Part shown: positions 48,247 through 59,200 of the stretch, in pieces
How positions within the stretch are numbered: position 1 is the stretch's first letter
Layout: every line of letters begins with the position of its first letter
Origin: an uncultured delta proteobacterium
GTDB lineage: Bacteria > Desulfobacterota > Binatia > Bin18
NCBI GenBank assembly: GCA_963733195.1
Contig: CAVTCR010000012.1
Location: 32,001-96,000 of the forward strand
Direction of reading: 5' to 3'
DNA length: 64,000 nucleotides
The notes under the pieces: model-generated
Told to the model about the DNA's origin: nothing
Seen by the model: the letters and a program-made list of their open reading frames with translations, nothing else
Databases searched by the model: none
Translations under genes and position numbers: made by a program

Positions 48247-49860
48247 ATGACAGAACGTCGCCTATGCGCATGGGGCTGGGGATACGAAGATCAACAACCG
48301 ACAGCAGATCAACAACAAGCGATGGCGAAAGGGATCGCGGCGAGCCTTGGGCGCGGTGATCTAACAATCGGCAAAACCCCGAAGGTGGATGACCTGGTGC
48401 TGCGCTCACCACGGGTTACGCCGCCTTCTTCTTTGGCGCATCTCTGTGCAACTGCGACGTATGACCGTGCTGTGCATTCCTATGGCAAAGCCTTTCCTGA
48501 CCTGCTGCGCGCTTCACGTGGGGAGTTTCCTAATCCTCCAGATGTTGTCGCGTATCCAAAAACTGAAGCTGATATTGTGTCGCTTCTTGACTGGTGCTCG
48601 CAGGCCAACGCTGCGGTGACACCGTTTGGCGGTGGGTCTAGCGTGACTGCTGGAGTGGAGCCACCCGTGGAGGGACCGTATCGTGGCACAGTGACGATCG
48701 ACTTAAAGCATCTTGATAAAGTGTTGGAGATCGACAAAACCTCGCGAGCTGCGCGTATTCAGGCGGGCGTGTATGGACCAGCTTTGGAAGATCAACTCCG
48801 CCCGCATGGCTATACGCTGCGGCATTATCCCCAATCGTTTGAATTCTCCAGCTTAGGTGGATGGATCGCCACGCGGTCTGGTGGCCACTTCGCCACGCTC
48901 TACACGCACATTGATGATTTTGTTGAGTCGCTGCGTGTTATTACACCTAAAGGAACGATCGAATCCCGTCGCTTGCCCGGCTCTGGGGCTGGCCCGAGCC
49001 CTGACCGCATGTTCATCGGTTCTGAAGGGACGTTGGGGATCATCACCGAAGCGTGGATGCGGTTGCAAGATCGTCCGGTGTATCGTGCCTCTGCTGCCGT
49101 GCGGTTCTCCACGTTTGAAGCAGGCGTAGCGGCCACTCGTGCTATTAGTCAGGCTGGGTTGTATCCAACAAACTGTCGGTTACTCGATCCCGCGGAGGTG
49201 AAGCGGAATAATGTCGGCGATGGTAGTGGCACAATGCTGATGTTGGGTTTTGAGTCGGCAGATCATCCACTGGAGACATGGTTCAATCGGGCATTGGAGT
49301 GCTGCACTGATCATGGAGGCACGACACCGAACGGTGTGATCATTCGTGGTGGAGGCGAGACGACAGGACGCGGTGGTTCAGTCGGCGATTGGCGTGACGC
49401 CTTTATACGCATGCCGTATATGCTTGGTCCGATGGCGGCGATGGGCGCGATTTTCGATACGGTGGAGACCTCCATTCCGTGGAGCCGGTTTGCCGAGTTT
49501 CATGCCGGAGTGATGCAATCGACGCAAAAGGCGCTTGATGAAGTTTGTGGGGGTGGAATTCTCTCGTGCCGCTTTACCCACGTGTATCCAGATGGGCCAG
49601 CGCCGTACTACACGTTCTTGGGAGTAGGGAAGTCAGGTGGAGAAATGGAACAATGGAAAGCCGTCAAAGCTGCAGCCTGTGATGCGATGATTCGCCACGG
49701 CGGAACAATCACCCACCATCATTCCGTTGGTCGTATTCATCGCCCGTGGTACGACCGCCAGCGCCCAGATCTTTTTGCTAGCGCGCTACGCGCAGCAAAG
49801 GCAGCCCTTGACCCGCAAGGATTGCTGAACCCTGGTGTGTTGATTGATCCGCAACGTTAA
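48247..49860 (+). CDS. FAD-binding oxidoreductase, alkyl-DHAP synthase-like (VAO/PCMH family)
   Basis: WGWG, PFGGGSSV, HYPQSFEFSSLGGWIATR, GSEGTLG, THHH, LNPG. Confidence 0.85.
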   Translation: MTERRLCAWGWGYEDQQPTADQQQAMAKGIAASLGRGDLTIGKTPKVDDLVLRSPRVTPPSSLAHLCATATYDRAVHSYGKAFPDLLRASRGEFPNPPDVVAYPKTEADIVSLLDWCSQANAAVTPFGGGSSVTAGVEPPVEGPYRGTVTIDLKHLDKVLEIDKTSRAARIQAGVYGPALEDQLRPHGYTLRHYPQSFEFSSLGGWIATRSGGHFATLYTHIDDFVESLRVITPKGTIESRRLPGSGAGPSPDRMFIGSEGTLGIITEAWMRLQDRPVYRASAAVRFSTFEAGVAATRAISQAGLYPTNCRLLDPAEVKRNNVGDGSGTMLMLGFESADHPLETWFNRALECCTDHGGTTPNGVIIRGGGETTGRGGSVGDWRDAFIRMPYMLGPMAAMGAIFDTVETSIPWSRFAEFHAGVMQSTQKALDEVCGGGILSCRFTHVYPDGPAPYYTFLGVGKSGGEMEQWKAVKAAACDAMIRHGGTITHHHSVGRIHRPWYDRQRPDLFASALRAAKAALDPQGLLNPGVLIDPQR

Positions 49861-49917
49861 TTATCTCTACAATAAAAAGCCGACGGTCGAATTCATCGTA
49901 TTGAGGAGAGTGCATGT

Positions 49918-51303
49918 ATGCCAGGTTCAATGAAAGCTATTCTTGACGCCATTACCTCTAGACAAGCGAGATCTGAAGATTACGCGGCCATGCCCTTGCC
50001 TGAGTCGATGCGGGCGGTGACGACGCACAAAGATGAAATCCAGATGTTCGAGGGACTTCCTTCGGAGAAGAAAGATCCACGTAAAAGCCTGCATATGGAT
50101 GAAGTTCCGATCCCAGAAGTTGGGCCAAATGAAGCGTTAGTGGCGGTGATGGCTACCAGCATAAATTTCAACACCGTCTGGAGTGCGATCTTCGAGCCGA
50201 TCCCAACGTTCCAGTTTCTCGAACGCGCAGCCAAGAGAAGCCCGTGGGATAAGCGTCATAATCTGCCATATCATATCCTCGGGAGTGACGGTTCCGGCGT
50301 TATCTTGAAAGTTGGGCCTGGTGTCACACTATTCAAGCCTGGTGACGAGGTCACGATTCACTGCAACTACGTTGACATGCAGGCCCCCGATGGACACGAC
50401 GATTCGATGCTTGATCCTGATCAACGCATCTGGGGCTTTGAGACTAATTTTGGTGGCATGGCGGAAATTGCGGTTGTGCGCGCCAATCAACTCATGCCCA
50501 AACCACCGCATCTGACCTGGGAAGAAGCGGCATCGATGCCGTTGGTCAACTCGACATCATATCGCATGCTTGTGAGTCCCAATGGTACGCAGATTAAACA
50601 AGGCGACATCGTCCTCATTTGGGGAGCCGTCGGTGGCCTCGGCGGATTTGCCTTGCAGTACGTCCTCAATGCCGGTGCGTTTCCTATCTGTGTGGTGTCG
50701 TCGCAAGAGCGAGTACGCTTATGTGAGACCATTGGCGCACGTTGGGTTATTGATCGGAGAGCGGAAGGGTTTCAGTTTTGGAATGCTGACGGATCGCAGA
50801 ATACACGCGAACTGCGCCGCTTGGGACAGAAAATCCGTGATCTCACCAATGGTGAAGACCCTGATGTCGTCTACGAACATCCAGGGCACGATACCTTTGC
50901 CGCCAGTGTATATATCGCACGCCCCGGAGGCAGTGTGGTCACCTGCGCTTCAACCACCGGCTACATGCACGAGTATGACAATCGCTACTTGTGGATGAAT
51001 AAGAAGCGCATCATCGGTTCACACTTCGCGAATTATCGTGAAGCCTGGGAAGCAAATCGCTTAGTGGGGAAACGCGCGATTCATCCGTTGCTTTCTGAAA
51101 CCTATCCTCTCACTGAAGCTGGCGAAGCCGCCTATCGCGTCCATCACAACATGCAGATCGGTAAAATTGGTGTGTTGTGTTTGGCTCCGCAAGGCGGACT
51201 TGGCGTTCGCGATCAGGCTGGCCGCGCTCGGCACATCGGTCAGATCAACTTATATCGCAATGCCGTCAAAGGGCAGTTCAAGTTGGTGAAAACGGAGCCG
51301 TAA
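49918..51303 (+). CDS. ccr: Crotonyl-CoA carboxylase/reductase
   Basis: SINFNTVW, GSDGSG, WGFETNFG, DNRYLWM, IGSHFAN; the N, F, E, H CO2-binding positions of Ccr are present. Confidence 0.9.
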   Translation: MPGSMKAILDAITSRQARSEDYAAMPLPESMRAVTTHKDEIQMFEGLPSEKKDPRKSLHMDEVPIPEVGPNEALVAVMATSINFNTVWSAIFEPIPTFQFLERAAKRSPWDKRHNLPYHILGSDGSGVILKVGPGVTLFKPGDEVTIHCNYVDMQAPDGHDDSMLDPDQRIWGFETNFGGMAEIAVVRANQLMPKPPHLTWEEAASMPLVNSTSYRMLVSPNGTQIKQGDIVLIWGAVGGLGGFALQYVLNAGAFPICVVSSQERVRLCETIGARWVIDRRAEGFQFWNADGSQNTRELRRLGQKIRDLTNGEDPDVVYEHPGHDTFAASVYIARPGGSVVTCASTTGYMHEYDNRYLWMNKKRIIGSHFANYREAWEANRLVGKRAIHPLLSETYPLTEAGEAAYRVHHNMQIGKIGVLCLAPQGGLGVRDQAGRARHIGQINLYRNAVKGQFKLVKTEP

Positions 51304-51439
51304 GCGTGATGCGAAAGGCGTAAAACGTGAGGGAAGGAGATGGCACATCACGTACCACGACAATACGCAACACGTTTTCCGTGATTCGTGTTCCGTGGCC
51401 TCCATTGATGTATGCCATTGTTTCAGTGAAATTGACCTT

Positions 51440-51954
51440 ATGTCTCACGTATCACCGTTCGTTTTGCCACTGCAGCTGATGTCGAAACGATTCTCCGCTT
51501 CATCAAAGGACTGGCCGAATTTGAAAAAGAGCCAGACGCAGTCAAAACGACCACCGCAGATTTACTCCGCGACGGATTTGGCGAGCATCCCAAGTTCGAA
51601 GTTTTACTGGCAGAAATAAACCAGGAGCCAGTGGGGTTTGCGCTTTTCTTTCCGACCTACTCAACCTGGGAAGGACGTGGAGGAATTCATCTGGAAGACC
51701 TCTTTGTTCCAGAACAGTGGCGTGGCCATGGTGTCGGACAAGTGTTGATGGTTGAGCTGGCAAAAATTGCAGTGGCGCGCGGCTGTGGGCGTTTAGAGCT
51801 TTCGGTCTTGCACTGGAATCCCGCCCGCGAGTTCTATCATCGTCTCGGAATAGCGCATCAGGAAGAATGGTTGCTGTATCGCATCAGCGGAGAAGCACTG
51901 AGCACTTTGGCACGACAAGGAAAGGGACGAAGTATTTCGCTGTCAGAGCAATAG
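51440..51954 (+). CDS. GNAT N-acetyltransferase (diamine acetyltransferase-like), frameshift near 51448
   Basis: LAEFEK, YSTWEG..GIHLEDLFV..WRGHGVG, VLHWNPA..FY. Confidence 0.8.
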
Positions 51955-52004
51955 AGCTTGGGCAAATGCATGCATTCCCTGCGAAACTGCTTCCCCATCC
52001 TAGC

Positions 52005-52091
52005 TGTCATTGCGAAGGAGCTGTAAGCGACGAAGCAATCTCTTTCCCGGGCAAGCGATTGCTCTCGCATCCAGGACCTCTGCCCAATGAC
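52005..52091. repeat. Palindromic dispersed element TGTCATTGCGA...CAATGAC (second copy)
   Basis: GCGACGAAGCAATCT...GATTGCT; similar to 32663-32760; lies between convergent genes. Confidence 0.6.
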
Positions 52092-52108
52092 TACAGCTTC
52101 TGTAATTT

Positions 52109-52306
52109 TTAAGACTCAATCTCCCCTTCACACTTTTTACATTCCAATTCCCACCCTAATCGACTCTGTCGTCCCTCTGGTGTCACTACCCACGGTCGTT
52201 CTTGCCATGGTGGGTCATGGCGGGTGTGTTGCGTATGGCCACATTCGAGATCAGCAACCCAATCACCAATCTCATCTTGGTGAAAGCTGATGATCTTGCG
52301 TTTCAT
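52109..52306 (-). CDS. DUF3565-like small protein
   Basis: FHQD..GDWVA.LECGH.QH.RH.PPW..RPWV...CKKC. Confidence 0.8.
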   Translation of the reverse strand: MKRKIISFHQDEIGDWVADLECGHTQHTRHDPPWQERPWVVTPEGRQSRLGWELECKKCEGEIES

Positions 52307-52854
52307 TACTCAACACCCAGTCGTTTCTTTCCTTCAGCAGACATCATGTCAGGATGCCATTGCGGGTCCCAGACAACCTGTACTTCGACATCGGTGACAT
52401 TGGGCAAGGTTTCAATCCGTTGTTGTGCATCGCGGGCGATAGACGGTCCCATGCCACAACCTTGGGCAGTGAGGGTCATTTGTACGAACACCTTGTATTT
52501 TCCATCAGGAAGTGGATCAAGGCGAAGATCATAAACCAACCCGAGATCAACCACGTTAATAGGAATCTCAGGGTCGAACACCTCGCGCAATTGCGCCCAC
52601 ACCATATCTTCGGTGATAGGACCGTGATTCTGGGTCGATGATCGAGCCCCCTGGGTGCTCTGTTTGCCGATAGCGTCAGCATCTTTCTCCGTAATGCGAA
52701 CGAGTTTCCCCAATGTTGGAAGACGGAGCGTATATGTCTCCCCGAGAGCTTGGGTGATAAATGCTTGAGTCCCTTTGGCGAGGGTGATGGGAGTCCCGTG
52801 AGGAATTTGTGTTCCCTCACACTCTCGCGTAAGAACGACTTCTTCTTGTGCCAT
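52306..52854 (-). CDS. sufT: Fe-S cluster assembly protein SufT (DUF59)
   Basis: ITQALG, FDPEIPINVVDLGLVY, MTLTAQGCGMG. Confidence 0.85.
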   Translation of the reverse strand: MAQEEVVLTRECEGTQIPHGTPITLAKGTQAFITQALGETYTLRLPTLGKLVRITEKDADAIGKQSTQGARSSTQNHGPITEDMVWAQLREVFDPEIPINVVDLGLVYDLRLDPLPDGKYKVFVQMTLTAQGCGMGPSIARDAQQRIETLPNVTDVEVQVVWDPQWHPDMMSAEGKKRLGVE

Positions 52855-52864
52855 GGTTACTCTC

Positions 52865-53266
52865 CTAGTGAAGCGCGTGCGGCTCACTCAATGTAAAGGC
52901 GGCGATGGCGGCATCAAACCGTTCGCCGTTGGTGGTGATCATCTGGTAGGTGCCATGCATAGTTCCGAACGACGTGGTCAGTGGACACCCAGAAGTGTAC
53001 TCAAATGACTGCCCTGGTGCGAGTACGGGTTGTTCGCCGACGACACCAGGGCCACGCACCTCCTCGACTTTGCCATTGGCGTCGGTAATGACCCAATGAC
53101 GGCTAATGAGCTGAGTTGTTGTAGTGCCTTGATTTGAAATGGTGACTGTATAGAGAAAAAACCACTGATTCTGCTGTGGCTGGGAGCGGGATGGATCAAA
53201 CCGTGCTTTCACAGACACATGGATCCCGTTGGTAATGGCTTCAGAAGTAAACACAAGCAACCTCAT
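52865..53266 (-). CDS. apaG: ApaG protein
   Basis: QLISRHWVITD, GPGVVGEQP, FEYTSGC. Confidence 0.92.
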   Translation of the reverse strand: MRLLVFTSEAITNGIHVSVKARFDPSRSQPQQNQWFFLYTVTISNQGTTTTQLISRHWVITDANGKVEEVRGPGVVGEQPVLAPGQSFEYTSGCPLTTSFGTMHGTYQMITTNGERFDAAIAAFTLSEPHALH

Positions 53267-53400
53267 GCACACCAAACAAAGATAGTGGCAGTCTAATGGG
53301 GTGAGGTTGCAACGTCAACGGCAAAGCGAGGGAGTGGATGGAGAGCAACCGAATTCACGTGATAGAACAGGCTTCTAGCCCGTCCCACCAAGAATTGGTT

Positions 53401-54687
53401 TCAACGCCGTGGCTTCTTTAGCAGAAAGAGTAGTGCGAACGCTACAAAGTTCAGAGCAGCGCTGAAGATGAAGGCGAGACTATAACTTCCGGTGATTGTG
53501 TATAAATAGCCAGCGATGAGGGGACCGAAAGCCGCAGGCGCACCAGAGACAGCAAAGATAAATCCAGCGATTGCCCCAACCGACAGCCGGCCAAAGAAAT
53601 CGCCAATGATCGCCGGGAATAATGCCGTAACTCCGCCGTATGACAGACCGAAGATTGCTGCTGCCGGGTACAGTGTCGCTAGACCTGAACTTATCGTGAA
53701 TCCGAGAAACCCAAGCGCTTGCAGCACAAAGCACAGTCCGAGGGTAGCGACCCGACCAAAACGATCGGAAATCGTACCAATGAACAATCGCCCAACTGAA
53801 CCAGCTAAACCGATAACGCTAATCGTCATCGCTGCGCGGAACTGGGGAATACCAAGGTCTACTGCGAATGGGACAATATGGACCATAGGCATAAAGACGA
53901 CGAGCCACGTGAGTGTGAAGATCAGATTAAGCAGCCAGAAAGGAGCCGTTCGTTTTGCTTCGGCTAATGTCCACTCATTGTTCGATGCAACCATTTGTGA
54001 CGTTGATGAGAAGGATGACGGTGAAGCGGGAATTTGACCATCAGGATGCAATCCCATCTGTTCAGGGTCACGTACAGTGAAGGCGGCACACAAGCCAATG
54101 ACGATGAGTCCGATCAGACCTAAGATCAAGTACGCGCTACGCCAACCATAGGCAGCAATCAACGCCGCTGCGAGGGGTGGAAAAAGAAACGTCCCGAAAC
54201 TTGCCCCACTGGACGTGAGGCCCAAGGCTAAACCACGTTTCTCGATGAACCAACGCACGACGGTGGCGTTACACGGGACATAAGCTGCACTCATCCCCGA
54301 CGCAGCGATGATGCCGAGAAATACGTACATGTGCCACAGAGCAGTGGCCTGGCTGGTTAGAATAATACCGATGCCGAGGAGACAGCCCCCAGTCGTAATG
54401 ACGAGGCGAGGTCCCCAGCGGTCAGTCAAGCGTCCACTGACAGCTCCGAGCGCACTATAGAGAAAAATATACAGGGCATAGGGGAGGGACAACGTATCTC
54501 GTCCCCAGCCCGTATCTTTCACAATCTCCGGCATAAACACGCCGAAGCTAAACTGAATACCGTAAGCAACACAGAGGATCGTGAACGCGCAGGCGACCAC
54601 CACCCAGCCGTAAAAAACGCGGCTTTGCTTAGCGATGTCTGCTGGTGCGATTCGCACCTCCATTGTTTCCTGCTCTATCTTGTCCAT
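53401..54687 (-). CDS. MFS transporter (OFA/MCT-like)
   Basis: FYGW.VV, GRLTDRWGPR, RWF..KRGLA.G; about 12 TM segments. Confidence 0.9.
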   Translation of the reverse strand: MDKIEQETMEVRIAPADIAKQSRVFYGWVVVACAFTILCVAYGIQFSFGVFMPEIVKDTGWGRDTLSLPYALYIFLYSALGAVSGRLTDRWGPRLVITTGGCLLGIGIILTSQATALWHMYVFLGIIAASGMSAAYVPCNATVVRWFIEKRGLALGLTSSGASFGTFLFPPLAAALIAAYGWRSAYLILGLIGLIVIGLCAAFTVRDPEQMGLHPDGQIPASPSSFSSTSQMVASNNEWTLAEAKRTAPFWLLNLIFTLTWLVVFMPMVHIVPFAVDLGIPQFRAAMTISVIGLAGSVGRLFIGTISDRFGRVATLGLCFVLQALGFLGFTISSGLATLYPAAAIFGLSYGGVTALFPAIIGDFFGRLSVGAIAGFIFAVSGAPAAFGPLIAGYLYTITGSYSLAFIFSAALNFVAFALLFLLKKPRR

Positions 54688-54963
54688 ACATTTGCCGCGT
54701 CCAATGAAAAATTAAAAATGAAGAATTAAAAATAAATACCACCCTATTCCTTCAATTCTTCATTTTTCACTCGAGGTCATGTCAAATAGTGTGTAAACGA
54801 AGTAGGTGGAGATCCCCTCTGTGAGAGTATCTCGTTAGTCTACAACAAGAGCATCTATTGAGTTTCGTAAAAAGAAAGAAACACTATCGAAGGTCGCAAC
54901 GCTCGATTTAGCATGATTTCTTGAGGCTTGAACCGTTTCATTCTTTACGCGGATTTCAATAGC

Positions 54964-56169
54964 TTACTCTTCTCCAAAAAAGCGTCGCTTCACGGTGGCA
55001 CTGATCGGAGCGTCGGGGCCCATGCCAAAGAGATCTGGCATGCGGGCACCATCTTGGGCGATCAAGGACAGCGCCCGAGTACGGCGTGTGTCGGCTTCAG
55101 GTCCCGTCTCCAAGAACATACTTCTGTACCAGTCTTCCAGCGTGTGAATGACCTGGAAATTCCGGTGCTGCTCCTCGGCGTACGCGTGTCCAGCGGTTTC
55201 CCAGTCCTCGGTCTTGAGCAATTGGTCCCGTAAGAGCCGGACACTGCGGAGCGTCATAGCTAGCCCCTGCCCGAAGGAGGGATCACAGGTCGACGCGGCA
55301 TCCCCTACCAGGGCAACGCCCTCTTTATAAGGATGCTTCACCCAGGAGTCATCAGATCCAAAGCTCGCCAAGGGACCCACTGCTCGTGCGTGCTTGTACA
55401 GGTCAGCCGCCGCTCCTGTGCGGAGCGATTCGTCAATGAGCCGCGGGATATCGGCTACGGTCTGGAACCGGCGATGGATGTCTTTAGGGTAGCCGAGATA
55501 GGCGCGCACCCAGCCACGCCCAACATTCCCTAGAAAGACTTCTTGCCCATTGGTCGGATTCAGCACCGCATACCACGTATCTGATGCCAGCGGTACGTTC
55601 TCCAGTAGTACCCCCGCAAATAGCCGCCGTTGAGGATCATACTGCACTTCGAAGCCGCCCCACTGACGCGTGGGGGAGGAACGTCCATCCGCAGCAACCA
55701 CTAATCGCGCATGCACTTCCTCCCTCTGCCCATTGTGGTCAACCGACACCGTCGGAACTCTGCCAGGTCGCACTTCACGTACCTGCGTGCCACGCCACAC
55801 TTCAGCCCCTGCTTCCTCGGCAGCGGTGAGCAAGACTTCTTGCATGTCTGGATGATAAAAGCCGAACAACGGGGACTGATGCGGTGTGGTGGCAATGAAA
55901 TCACGATGGGCAATCATATCGGGACCCAAGTAGATATCCCACCAGCGCACCTCCAGGCCACAGGTCGTGCGTAACAGCTCATAGATTCCGAGGGCCTTAG
56001 CTTCCGGGACACCCCAGGCGTGCATGCCTTCCCCTCGCACGCGGTCCTTGAAGTGGGTCTCTCGCTCCAGCACCAGCACGCGCGCACCGTGTTCGGCCAT
56101 CGCTTTAGCCAAAGCCGCACCGCCTAAGCCACCACCGACCGTGATGATATCGTAGATCCCGCTTGCCAT
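54964..56169 (-). CDS. FAD-dependent monooxygenase/oxidoreductase
   Basis: VGGGLGG, LERE..F.DRVRGE, AADGRSS, LVGDAA..DP..GQG. Confidence 0.88.
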   Translation of the reverse strand: MASGIYDIITVGGGLGGAALAKAMAEHGARVLVLERETHFKDRVRGEGMHAWGVPEAKALGIYELLRTTCGLEVRWWDIYLGPDMIAHRDFIATTPHQSPLFGFYHPDMQEVLLTAAEEAGAEVWRGTQVREVRPGRVPTVSVDHNGQREEVHARLVVAADGRSSPTRQWGGFEVQYDPQRRLFAGVLLENVPLASDTWYAVLNPTNGQEVFLGNVGRGWVRAYLGYPKDIHRRFQTVADIPRLIDESLRTGAAADLYKHARAVGPLASFGSDDSWVKHPYKEGVALVGDAASTCDPSFGQGLAMTLRSVRLLRDQLLKTEDWETAGHAYAEEQHRNFQVIHTLEDWYRSMFLETGPEADTRRTRALSLIAQDGARMPDLFGMGPDAPISATVKRRFFGEE

Positions 56170-56270
56170 ATTCCTCTCACTTGTCGCGCCGAAGCTTACG
56201 TTCTGCTTTCCGTTTCTGTCCTGCAAAAGCTTTGTTCTAGGCAGAAGGCAGGAGTCGTACCGATGCGGTG

Positions 56271-59200
56271 TCAGGCCAACTCTTCCAGCAACGCCTTCGC
56301 CTCTTGCAAATCCTTCGTATCAAACCCTTCGGTAAACCAATTGTAGATCTCTGCCAACAGCTTGTGAGCTTCGGTCTTCTTACCTTGTTGTTGCCACAGC
56401 CGGCTGAGGCTCATCACCGCCCGCAGCTCCACGACTTCGCACTCTGTCGACGGGCAATCTCGATGGCCTTCTGGAAATACACTTCGCCTCCGCCTCTGCT
56501 TGGCGGACTCGAGATTGGAGGCTTGGGAGCTGGTGACTTGCAGCCTTAGACTTTTGCAGCGTCAGCTTACCTTTCAGCCGATACAGCTCCGCCTCGCTAG
56601 AACCCTCCCCAACTTTCTCCACCTCAGCCAGCGCCTCGGCTAGCATCGTTAAGCCCTTCTTCGGCCTGTCCTCGCTCTGCCATACGCCTCGGCCAGTAGG
56701 GCAAGAAACCATGCGTACTAGTTCCTCTGCTCCTATGGCCCGAAAGGCAGCTAGGCCTTGGCGAATCTGTGCAATGCCCTTCTTCTCCTCGTCCTTGCTC
56801 GGCCAGCGCCCAGCCCTGCAGGATGGTTCCCCATGCCAACCAGAACGGAAACCCCTGCTCGTCGCAGAGTGCAATCACTGCCTCTGCCTGCTCTTGGGCT
56901 GCCTGCACCTCCCGGCGGAACTGATGGAGCATGGCTGCAAAGTCCAGAGCAAAAGCCAGGCTAAAAGGGTGAGACAACTCCTGGGCTAGGGTGAGAGCCT
57001 TATGGCTCTTCTTCAGGGCTTGGTCCGGATAGCCAAGACACCATAGGACCAAGGCCGCATAGGAGAGGCAAACTACCCTGGGGTCCTGACCATAGAGGAA
57101 GGCGAGGGAACGATGCCGATGGGGGTCGTAAAGGGCAATCGCCCTGTTCCAGGTGGTCTTCGGCCAGGGAATGAACTCTCCCAGGCAATGCAAGGTGTCC
57201 CCTAGAGCATAGTGGGCTTTACAAGGAGCCCGGGTCTTGGACGCTCTGGGCTAAGCTGCAGAGCATTGCTCCCCTAGCTCACGCGCCATCTGTACTCCGC
57301 CCGCATCAAATAAAATACCCACAGCCCCCACAGCACCGGGAAGAGCTGCGGGGTCTCGCCGATCTGCTGACAGAGCTCCCGGGCCCGGGTGTAGGTTCTT
57401 TCCACCTCCGGGGCGGCATAGCCCTTGGTCGCCATGAGCGGCACGCCGAGGGCGATTTGCAGCGTGAGTTCTTGCTGAGCGCGCTCAGGCGTGTCCGGGA
57501 GGGCTTCGAGGACCTCGAGCCCCTTGGTGAGATGGCTAATCGCTTCTACATTGGCTGAACTCCGAGCAGCTTTCTCGCCCGGCCTTCTGCCAATACGGAA
57601 CGGCCTGCTCTAGAAGGCCAGCCTCGGTGTAGTGATGCGCCACCAGCTCTGGCTGCGTTTCTTTGATGTCTGGGAATCGTTCGTCTAAAACCCGAGCAAT
57701 CTGTTGGTGATACTGCTGCCGCCGGCTCTTCAGGAGCGATTGATAAGCCGCATCCTGGATCAAGGCATGCTTGAAGACATAGCGGGCTTGTGGGGGCAGC
57801 CCCCGCTGGTACAGCACTTCCGCTTCCACTAGCTTAGCCAGCGCTTGCTGAAGGCTTTTCTCGTCCCCCGGTGCGATTGCTTGAATGATCTCATAAGGAA
57901 ATTCCCGCCCCAAGGTCGCCCCAATCTGTGCGATCTCTCGGGCTGTCGCTAACCGATCGAGCCGTGCCATGAGCGAGTCTTGCAGCGTGGTTGGAATTGC
58001 GAGTGGGGGCAAAGGGCCGGCTAACTCATACTGGCCGTTTGCCTCCTGTAGTAACCCCGACTCTAGCACCATTTTCGTCAGCTCTTCGACAAACAACGGC
58101 ACGCCATCTGTCTTATTGACAATTTGGTTCTGCACCTCAGTCGGTAACGGCTTACCGCCGGTGACCTTCCTGATCATCTCCCCTGCTTGCGTGCGCGGCA
58201 GTCGGGCTAGGGTCAGTGGGGTGAGGTGTGTGCGACTGCTCCACGGCGGTGTAAACTCGGGCCGCGCGGTTAACAGCACCAGCAGCCGGGCTGTCGGCAC
58301 TTGGTCGAGCAGGAGGCCTAAGAGTTCTAAGGTGGAGGGATCAGCCCAGTGCACGTCCTCCCACACACAGTACACCAGGTGCCGCTCGGCTTCTTCCATG
58401 AGCCACGCGACTAACGCTTCTTGAGTCTTCTGCTTCTGTTTCTGTGGACTCAACGTCAGCGGTGGGGCGTCCTCCGGCTGGGGCAAGGAGAGCAAGGCGG
58501 CCAAAAGTGAGGGAGTGTCAGACTGGGGGAAGTGATAGCGCGTCAAAATCTGCTGGAGTTTAGCAAGCTTGGTTTGGGCTATATCGTCCCGCTCAAACTG
58601 TAATACTCGTTGCAGATGAGTGAGCACTGGATAGAGCGCACTATTCTGATGATACGGGGAGCAACGAAACTCCCAGCAGGTGACTCCCTGCTGTACGACT
58701 CGCTCCTTCACCTCCTGCACGAGGCGGGATTTCCCAATGCCCGGCTCACCGTTCAGGAACACCACTTGTCCATCGCCTGCCTGTGCGGCGGTCCACCGCT
58801 CTACGATCAACCCTACCTCATGGGCTCTGCCCACCAAGGGAGTTAATCTGCCCGCGCTGACCTCGATCTCCAGCCGACTTTGGGCGCTGCTCTCTCTCAG
58901 CACCCGATAGATCTGGACGGGAGCAGAGACACCTTTTACGGACTGGAGTCCGCCATCGTGGCAGTCAAAGAAGCCTGCGATGAGCCGCTGGGTGGCGGCG
59001 CTGATGACTACCGTATTCGGCTCCGCAAGTCCTTGCAGGCGAGCCGCGATATTGGGGGTGTCGCCCAAGGCTAACTGTTCGCGCTTACCACTACCAATCT
59101 CACCTACGACTACCAGTCCAGTGTGAATGCCAAGGCGCACTTGCACGCCCTGTGCTTGGAGTAACGGAGCGTGGCGTATGGCCTCCACTATCCCTAAGGC

